Shown: in pieces, positions 1-8,700 of the stretch | Layout: every line of letters begins with the position of its first letter | How positions within the stretch are numbered: position 1 is the stretch's first letter | IMG/VR virus record: IMGVR_UViG_3300033074_001400 | Location: 53,226-73,225 of that record | Reading direction: 5' to 3' (one strand) | Length of the DNA: 20,000 nt | Source of the DNA: an uncultured virus (IMG/VR IMGVR_UViG_3300033074_001400) | Lineage: Duplodnaviria > Heunggongvirae > Uroviricota > Caudoviricetes | Notes under the pieces: model-generated | What the model was told of the DNA's origin: nothing | The model's input: only the letters and a program-made list of their open reading frames with translations | The model's database searches: none | Made by a program: the position numbers and the translations under genes

Positions 1-2046
1 ATATCCAATACCAATATTATATCCTACTGTGGGAGCAAAGGTAGCTCCATTAAAAGCTCCAAAACCTATCCCAATATTACCGGTAGAGTTATTTATATAA
101 TACAATGCTGCATGTCCTAAAGCTACATTATGTCCTCCTGATGAACCAGCTGTACCTACACCACTCCATCCCTTACCCATTGATAGAGCACCTATAGATG
201 TGTTATAATCACCTGCTGTAATACCATATCCAGAATATGCACCATATCCAGTATTGGTTTGAGCTAAACCTGCTCCTCCATAATTATAGAAGGAATATTC
301 TCCAATAGCAGTATTCCATTGTCTGGAACTAAATCCATTATGAACGTTATTATAGAGAGAATAAGCACCTATGGCTATTGATCCGTTACTACCTTGTGTA
401 TACATTGCTCTAAATCCTATAGCAACTGCTTGTTGAGCGTGATTTAGATAAGCTGCTTCAGCACCAATAATAGTATTAGCTGCTCCACTATAACTACCAC
501 TATAATTTGCTCTATATCCTAAAATTGTATTATATCCATATGATACATTACCTGTATTAGAAGCTTCATATCCTATTATAACATTATTTGGGGAAGAGCT
601 TGTATTAACTGTTAATGCGTTTGTACCAAATACGGTATTTGTAGCAATTGAACCAGCACCTCTACCTATAGTATGTTCATGTACTAAGATATCCCCACCA
701 ACGACATCAAGCTTTTTTCTGGCAGTTTCAGTGTTGATACCTACATTTACAGCATATGAGCCTGTTCCACCAAGGGCCATAGTATAATCAGCGGAAACTT
801 TAGAATTATATCCAATTGCTATTGCGCCTGTTACAGTGGTCGGTGCTCCTGATCCTATTCCTGCTGATGTTCCTACTAATGTTGTATAACTATCTTCTGT
901 TCTATTTCCTGTAAGATAACCAATGTTTACATTATAACTGCCGTAATTATTATTCATTCCGGCAGCAAATCCTAAAGTAGTATTACCTATTCCTGATTTA
1001 GTTTCAGTGACAGATGCGGTTGCTCCTGTACCATCTCCTGTAATAGTTACTGTAATACCTGTATGAAAATCACCTTCTCCTGTAAGGAGAGAATAACCAC
1101 CTCCGGCATTAGTTATTGTTATACCTGTTACTTGTCCACCGGAAACAGTAGCTGTAGCAGTTGCCGTCACCTGATATACACCGGGGCTTATTGCAGGAGG
1201 GGCAGAAATAGTTACATTTGCAAATGTATATCCACTTCCCCCATTTGTAACTGCAATAGTTTTAATACCTGTAGTGTTATATAAAGAAGCTAATCCCCCC
1301 ACTGCAATATTAAAACTACCATCAATATTTGAACGAAGTGCGTCCCTACCTAATCCTGTATTACTATTACCTTGGTTATTTAATTCTCCTGCAAATGTTC
1401 CAACATAAGTAAGTGATGATCCATTATAGTTTCTAAATCCTGTAGATTGTCCAACCAATACACTACGACCACCTGAAGGATCACTGTTATATTTAGTAGC
1501 ATGTCCTGCCCAAAGTCCTATAAATGTATTTTGATTACCTTTAGATGGATTAAATACTAAAAAAGAACCTGCACCATGCCCAATTAGGGTGTTTGCACCA
1601 TTATTGAAACCAAGGTTCTGACCAGCAAACTGACCTAGTGTTACAGTTCCTGAGCTTTGTGATGCAGCTCCGGGCATAGCTGTAATGTAACCTGCCTGAA
1701 TACTGTTTACCTTAAAGATTAATGATTGTAAAACAGTGGTTCCCAAGAAGTTAGCAGAAGTTGTATTACTATTACCACTAATGTTCCATCCTGAATACGT
1801 AGAGGCAATAACATATGGATTAAATTCTGTACCATTTCCTGTAACAGAAATGTCAGTACCATTAGATATGTATGTACCTGTCCCTATTGAACACAATTTA
1901 TCATTAATTTTTGATAAAATTGCATCCAAACGCTCGTTAGTAGTAGCCTCTATACAGTCCAGATTTGGGCCTGTATACACTACACATTTAGCTTTTACGT
2001 ATATTGGACATGGATTATTTATATTTGGCATAGTGTTACAATTCAT
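1..2046 (-). CDS. Tail fibre / receptor-binding-like protein with beta-roll (YadA-head-like) repeats; 3' end lies outside the window (at least 682 aa)
   Basis: Hand translation from ATG at 2046 stays open to base 1. The ORF track lacks it, presumably because there is no stop in the window. It starts with Cys-rich MNCNTMPNINNPCPIYVKAKCVVYTGPNLDCIEATTNERLDAILSKINDKLC. It continues with WNISGNSNTTSANFLGTT, many NTxxG/xAIG repeats (NTLIGHGAG, NTFIGLWAG, NTILGYRA, AVAIGFRA, NVALGHAAL), VGINTETARKKLDVVGGDI and TIGRGAGSIATNTVFGTNAL. These are typical of trimeric fibre proteins. An alternative start lies at the second Met, 5 codons downstream. Confidence 0.8.
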   Translation of the reverse strand, partial: MNCNTMPNINNPCPIYVKAKCVVYTGPNLDCIEATTNERLDAILSKINDKLCSIGTGTYISNGTDISVTGNGTEFNPYVIASTYSGWNISGNSNTTSANFLGTTVLQSLIFKVNSIQAGYITAMPGAASQSSGTVTLGQFAGQNLGFNNGANTLIGHGAGSFLVFNPSKGNQNTFIGLWAGHATKYNSDPSGGRSVLVGQSTGFRNYNGSSLTYVGTFAGELNNQGNSNTGLGRDALRSNIDGSFNIAVGGLASLYNTTGIKTIAVTNGGSGYTFANVTISAPPAISPGVYQVTATATATVSGGQVTGITITNAGGGYSLLTGEGDFHTGITVTITGDGTGATASVTETKSGIGNTTLGFAAGMNNNYGSYNVNIGYLTGNRTEDSYTTLVGTSAGIGSGAPTTVTGAIAIGYNSKVSADYTMALGGTGSYAVNVGINTETARKKLDVVGGDILVHEHTIGRGAGSIATNTVFGTNALTVNTSSSPNNVIIGYEASNTGNVSYGYNTILGYRANYSGSYSGAANTIIGAEAAYLNHAQQAVAIGFRAMYTQGSNGSIAIGAYSLYNNVHNGFSSRQWNTAIGEYSFYNYGGAGLAQTNTGYGAYSGYGITAGDYNTSIGALSMGKGWSGVGTAGSSGGHNVALGHAALYYINNSTGNIGIGFGAFNGATFAPTVGYNIGIGY

Positions 2047-2055
2047 GCGATATTT

Positions 2056-2712
2056 TTATTTTTTTCTCATTAATGGAGTTGTCAATGCCTTTTCTATTGG
2101 CCAATTTTCAATTCTATCATATAATGTAGCTCTATTTATACCTATTTCTTCTGCCCAATCCGAAATACATTGAGTTTTGCCATTAAAAGTAACTAATCTG
2201 TTAGTAGATTTATTCCTATTTTGTTCTTTTATTGTTGCCCATCTACAGTTCTCTGGACAATAATTTCCATTATTATCTATCCTATCTAAGCTATGATTTT
2301 TACTAGGTCTAAACCCCATATCCTTTAAAAAATCATCAAAAGAATTTAACCACTTCTCACATACATTTATTCCCCTAGCAGCATAACGTTTATACTTTCT
2401 ACCTGTTTTATAACCACCACATCTTGCAATCATACCCTGCCATATAATAAATTCTGTAGTCCTTAGATTGTTTACTTTAGTTGTATGCCCATGTGTGGTT
2501 TTACCACCTTTTCGATTTACTAGACATCCGCAAGAGGTAGTATTTCCATACTTAATACTTTCAATTAAACATATAAATTCTTTCCCACAATTGCATCTAA
2601 ATATAGCTTTTCTTCTAGTTCCTCCATTGAGACGAACGTGAGCATCTACTTCAGAGATATATTCTAAATTTCCTAATTTTTGTCCTGTTTTGTAAATAAT
2701 TTTATTTACCAT
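2056..2712 (-). CDS. Free-standing HNH homing endonuclease-like protein (218 aa)
   Basis: N-terminal CNCG...SCGC Zn-binding segment, THG, WQGMIARC, YAARGINVCEKW, HNH core SLDRIDNNGNYCPENCRWATIKEQNRN, and a C-terminal HTH-like segment (ISDWAEEIGINRATLYDRI). This is a common phage HNH family layout. Confidence 0.9.
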   Translation of the reverse strand: MVNKIIYKTGQKLGNLEYISEVDAHVRLNGGTRRKAIFRCNCGKEFICLIESIKYGNTTSCGCLVNRKGGKTTHGHTTKVNNLRTTEFIIWQGMIARCGGYKTGRKYKRYAARGINVCEKWLNSFDDFLKDMGFRPSKNHSLDRIDNNGNYCPENCRWATIKEQNRNKSTNRLVTFNGKTQCISDWAEEIGINRATLYDRIENWPIEKALTTPLMRKK

Positions 2713-2719
2713 TATTGTG

Positions 2720-2750
2720 CAAATATAGATTTAAATTATGTAAAAGTAAA
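2720..2750 (-). promoter_or_regulatory. Bacteroidota primary-sigma promoter for the HNH gene
   Basis: The minus strand reads TATATTTG (2727-2720), an exact match to the -7 consensus TAnnTTTG, ending 7 nt before the ATG at 2712. TTTA (2750-2747) lies at 19 nt spacing as an imperfect -33 TTTG element. It sits in the only sizeable intergenic gap. Confidence 0.65.
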
Positions 2751-2781
2751 GACAAGATATTGGTTTTAAAGCTATTATAGC

Positions 2782-5700
2782 TTAGTTTCTACGAGATTCT
2801 GTAGATACATGTATATCCAAATCTTTAGCAACATCAGGATCAATAAGTGGTACAAACACCTTAGAAAACTGATTGGCTATAGGGAACATATTTAAAAAAT
2901 TCTTGGTGGGATGTGCTGTTTCTTCCCATTTTTCAACACCAAATGTACGTCCACCAACCTCTTTTATAAGACTTCCTGAAAATTTAATACCATCTGTTAA
3001 TATACCTATGGATGGCATCCAAGAACCTGTAGAAATTTGCTGTAAGGAAAGAGGGTTATAATAGAATGAAATTTCATCCGTTAATTTATCCATCATTCTT
3101 ACAGAAACTCTGTAAAAATTCTTGTTTTCATCACTGTCGTCATCGTCTGGTGGTACTGATTTTGCATAAATAAACATAGTCATAAATGTAGCTAAAAGAG
3201 CAGCATCTTTGGCTGTTTGTTCTATTGCTCTACGAGTCATATCGTAGAACTCTTCAGGAGTCATTTCCAGATCGTTTCCTGTCTTATTTTTATAACTTTC
3301 AGCAGTACGCTCATAGTATTTTGCGAGGGCTTTAAGACCTTCCTCATTACCTGCCACCATGTTTCTGAGATCACGAATACCATGAGATAAACCTTTTATC
3401 CATCCACCATCTCCATTTTTAATCACTTGATACACCATTCTCACCCTACCCATTTCATATTGGTTAGCATCAATGTTTTTCTGCAAATCTCCAAATCTTA
3501 CAGCAGCAAGTCTGGGAATCCAGTTTTTGAACATCATTATTGATTTGAGGAGAATGTTTCTATCTGCATCTCGTTTGTCTTCTTCTGTTAAGTTACCTGT
3601 AAGATTTTTAATTTCATCTAACATCCTGAGCCTCAATCTATTAACAGTATCAGAATCTCTTGACACTCCTTCTATTTCAAGAAGACCGTCCTTATTAAAC
3701 TTAGCAAACTTCATAACTCCTTTAGAATCAACGAGTTCTTTAACTTTCTTTTCAAAGTCTTTTTCTAAAGATTTTAACTGAGATGAGTCTTTATAGCGAT
3801 CTCTATATTCTTTACTGTTAAGGATATATTCACGAGCATTTACTAATTCACCATCAATCAACACTGTATTTTCAAGCATTGTAAGAGATGTAGCCATTTG
3901 TACCATTATATCCGTCTTTCTGATAGGAGCCATGATGAAATCAGAAAATGAAAATCTTTGAATTTTCTCAAAAGACATTCTTTCCGCATTCAGTTTTGCC
4001 CTATTTTCAGTAAAAGGTATAAAGTAATCAATAAGTCCTTTTTCTATATTACCTTCTTCCCCTTTAAACAGATTACCGACAATTTTCATTTCATTTTTTA
4101 AAAATTGCTGTCCTCTCCAAAGCTTTCTTGAATTTATAAGAGCTTGTAAATTACCACCAATAAATGTGGTGATTGGAGTAAATATGTTTAAACCAAACAC
4201 CTTCAATCTGAAGTATTGGTTCATTTTTTCGATGGTTTTTGTAGCCCCTGTAGACAGATTTGCTGTACTATCATATGTTCTTTTATATAAAATAGCCTCC
4301 ACAAAACTATCATAGAGTTTTACATTTGCCTCATTATCATTAGCTAATTTGTTTATATTTGTTCCTTTTTCCTTAACAATTCTACCCTTTTCATCTAAAA
4401 GGAACGCTTTTTTAGCGGCTTCTACGTCACGTACAGCTTTTACAGATTGTTCAATATCTGATAAAGATTTAAATTCATATAAAGCTTCTATATACATAGG
4501 TAGGGTTTCTCCTAAATCTGTAGATACATCTGATAAATCATATCCTTCTATGTTTCCATCAGCATCTCTTATTTCAGGAGCAAAGTTTTTTGTAAAAAAT
4601 GCAGGAATAGATTTCTCAATTGTTCCAGTGTTAGGATCAACCTTAGAATAGCTGATTTCTTCTTCAGGAGTAAGTTTATATAGATATTCCATGCTATCGC
4701 CTATTGCTGACAGTCCAGAAGTACGTATTCTGTCGAGCATAGAGGCTCTCATCCAAGGGAGAAATCTCAACGATGTTTTGTCATCATGATATCCCATATC
4801 TTTAGCTTCCTTATTGAGCTTTATGATAAAATCGTATAAGTCTAAAATAGATTTATCCTTAGACATTTGTTTATATTCACCTGTTTCCCATTTAGCCTCA
4901 TCTTTTATATAATATCTGAGGTCTTGTCTATACCATCCTAATGCATTTGGAGTATCAAAAGAATACATTTTTATAATATCTTCTTTCTTTTCAGCTTTAC
5001 GTTTAGCATCTTCTTTGGAATTAGAACTATACGTACTAGCATCAACCTGATCGAACATTTCCTGAACCACCTTTTGTTTATCCTCAATATACTTATCAAG
5101 GTCTATATTTTGTTTTATCCAGTTTATATCAGGATCGTCTTTTGTTGCTTTTTCAAATTCTGTATAGAATTCTGTTTTGATCTTTTTAATAAGTTGGTTC
5201 ATAGGATCACCCTTCTTATTCTTACCTACAAGAAGTGTAAAATATTTTGTAGGAGATAATCCTCTAGCCTGAGCTGTTTTTTTGAAAGCATCTAGTAATT
5301 TTCTAAGTTCTTCCTGTCTTTTTATTGCATCTCTTTGCTTTTGAAAGTTTGCTCTAGCTGTAACACTCCTAAGATATTGGAGAGCAACATTTTGCATTCG
5401 AGATAAGCTTTGAATAGACCTATCTAGTAAACCTTGAATTGGTTTTTCTGTCTTTAATATATCAAGTCCTTCTTTTGACGTATAATATTGCTTAACAAAA
5501 TTTATATATTCCGTATTAATTTTAGATGCAATCTTACCACTATCCAATGATAATCTTTCTAATTTATTATAGGTTTCCTGCTGATATTCTGTAAGATTTT
5601 TATCGCCATATAATTCATCGAATAACTGATAAGTAGACTGATATTTGTGGATATTGTCGTTTATAAGTTTCAGTTTTTTTGAATACTCATCTACTTGTTT

Positions 5701-8700
5701 AGGATCAATTTCCTTATAAGTACCATCTTCATTTTTCAGTTGAGTGTTTATATCTTCTATAACACGTTCTGCACTTTTTAAGAAAATAAGTCCTTGTTCT
5801 GCAAGAGGACCAAATTCTTGTTTCACCTGTAATTCACGAATTGCACCAGAAATTGCATTTAATTGCTCATTTTTAAGCTCTTTATTTACATCTTTTTGTT
5901 TGTACAAAACCTGATATAATTGGTTAAGTGCATCAATATATTGGTCTACTTTTGTATTTCCTGAAGATTGTTCAGCAATAGGTACAGGAAGAAGGTAACG
6001 TCTAGTTTCTTGTTTTATATCTATTTCTGGAAATATTATATCTGTAAGGGTGACATCACCATTTAGGGAGTCTATTTTACCTTTATATATGATAGGAATT
6101 GCCTGAGCTACAATAACGTCCTCTTTAGGTTTTAATCCATATCTATACATCATTGCTTTATACTGAGCAAGCTGTATTCTATAATCCGCCTGAGAATAGA
6201 AAGGAACATCGTCAAATTTCTTTGTATCAAGGAATTTGGTTTTCCAATCATATATCATTATCTTACCTTCGGGGGTGATACCCATAAGGTCAATTGTTCC
6301 AGCAACGTCTCTTTTTTCGTCGTAGATAATTTGCTCAACTTTGAAGAGGGTTCCTGTTGGAAATTGTGTATACAATATACCCGGAATGATATTACCCTCA
6401 TTATCTATTTCACCAACGAGATAGTTCTTTAATGCTAAAAATCCAGCTTGGGGAAGATTTGGAGTGATAGCATCTACATTAATCTGATCAATAGGTTTTA
6501 AATATCCATCAGAAGTGAGGGATGCTTTTATGATTGATTCAGCATCGTTGTGAAATGCTGTACCGTGTTCTGCTTTTTGCTTATATGTGTTCTTTTCTTT
6601 AGCTGAAGCATTTTCAAATTTTGCAAGAACATCCGGACGTTTTGTTTCTTTAACAAAATCCGTTACACGCTTTGCCACCTTACCTATCTTACCATCTTTT
6701 TTACACTCATAGTAGTTTATATCGTCTTGCTCTTCAAATTCAGCTTTACCTGTCACTTTCCTTATCTCAAAATCTTTAATTTTTTGATCAAGTTTATCTG
6801 AAATTTCTTTTTGTTTCTTTCTATTTTCTTCAGATAATTGATAAAAAGGATTACCTAAAGATATAATCTCTTTAGCCAATTCTTCATTTCCACCAAGCAT
6901 TTTTACAGTAGATTCATAAGGACTCATACCAAATACTGACTTATCTGTAAGTTGTTGATAGAAGGTTGTTACTACAGCTTTATAATCACCATTATCGTAT
7001 GTATCTTTAATGGCTTTTTTAAACATATTGTCATCTGACAAACTATCTAATATCCTTTTAGCTAATATTTTTGTAGGTGAATTTGTGTTATTTAAGTCAT
7101 TAAAACTATCTAATGCTTCTTGAAAAGGATTAAAATCTGCAATTTTCAGGAATTTCTTAATAGCGTCAATGATCTGCTCCCACCATGATTTTGTTTGAAT
7201 CATCAAATCAGGAGCTTCAGATTGACCATCTTCAGACTGTATATAATATTCAGCAAGGAGTTTACCTATAGCTTCTTTTTTAAGCTTAAGAATATCAGGT
7301 TTTCCATCTGTTTGATATTTAGAGTCTTGTGAATATAATTTCATCACTTTTGAGAATACGTTATACTTACCTATCTTATTCATCATTTGTTTGAATAATG
7401 TAGGATTGGTAAGTTCTAATATTTCTACAAGAAAGTGCATTGCTTCTTCAGTGATAGCAACATCTTCTTTACCTTCTGCAAGTTGTATGAATCCTTCTAA
7501 GAAATTGGCAACACCATTAATACCTCCATATCGTTCTGTATCGAGGGCTTGTATGTCTACGCCTATTCTTTTGAGGAATTCTTTTACCTTAGCTATCGTT
7601 TTTGCAGATGCTTTAGATTGTTTTATTCCCTGTTTTTGAAATAATATAGTGTTATTTGCAAGTTCATTTATTTCTACTTCATTCCATGTATTACCGTATT
7701 CATCAGTGATTTGAGTAGGATTGTATCCTTTTTTTTTAAGGATATTAGTTATTGTATTTTCATAAAAACTATGAATAACTCCTAACTTAGTTCTTCCATT
7801 TATAATATCATCTAATTCTCTTTCTTTTTCTTTTAATTCATAAGTATAGCGATTTACAAGAGTTTTTCTAATATGTTCAACGGAAGACCTTACTGGACCT
7901 GTTTCAGGATCATATTCATTATTTTCATATTCATATTCTATAACTCCTTTAATCCATTCATCATCTTTAGTACGTTCAAGATTATTTTTTAATTCTTTAA
8001 TTCTATCTTGTGTAATTTCTTTTAAAGTTTCTAATGTACTATGCCCTTCTACTTTTGCAGCAGTATTTCCAGAAGGGAACAACACTTTTTCATAACCTTT
8101 CTTAGCACTATCTTGTATAATAGATTTAACAAAGAATGTTACCCAGTTATTGTCTTTGTTTAGGAGCTGTAGGAATTGATTTTCAGAATTTAGAGAACTA
8201 TTTTTCAAAAATGTTCTTGCTTCATCTTCAGTTGTAAAATCTTTAGATATCTTTCCTTTTCCTTTTTCCCAAACAGAATATCCATCTTTAGTTCCAGCTA
8301 TCCAAGCATCTTTTGATAAATCTTCCCTATCTCTACCTTTTTGAAATAAATCAGATTGTACTTCTAATATTCTACGAGTTTTAGGATTTCCTTCTAATAA
8401 ATCAGATAAATATCCTGTTGTACTAATTACTTTAGATTTATCTACTTTAGCTATAGTAGTATCTATATCTGATTTCCAATCTTCAAATCCATAAGTAGCT
8501 CCCCTAGCATCAAATCTTTTCTTAAATTCATCTTTAGGTATAGTAATTACTTTATCAAATTCAGACATTCTTTCTTTAAGAATATTAGTATTTGAAACAA
8601 ATAATCTTTTACCTTCTTTTTTTGCTTGTAATTTTAATCTATCAAATAGATTAAGCATAAATTCATTATACTCTTTAGGTTTTCTACCTTTGTATTCTTG

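Noticed and set aside
1213..1228. Perfect 16-bp palindrome TACATTTGCAAATGTA, matching TAnnTTTG on both strands
   Set aside because: It is inside a coding region, and roughly one such palindrome is expected by chance in 20 kb of AT-rich DNA. No second copy was seen.
1..1700. Repetitive appearance as a CRISPR array or DGR repeat
   Set aside because: The repetition is at protein level (beta-roll motifs) with diverged DNA. No fixed repeat-spacer units, TR/VR pair or reverse transcriptase were seen.
2056..2712. HNH gene as part of a group I intron or intein
   Set aside because: The flanking genes appear complete and unrelated, and the 9 nt and 69 nt gaps leave no room for a ribozyme core.
2769..2783. 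Inverted repeat AAGCTAT-T-ATAGCTT overlapping the stop of the 2306 aa gene, as a terminator
   Set aside because: The stem is short and AT-rich with no proper U-tract on the coding strand. It is too weak to call.
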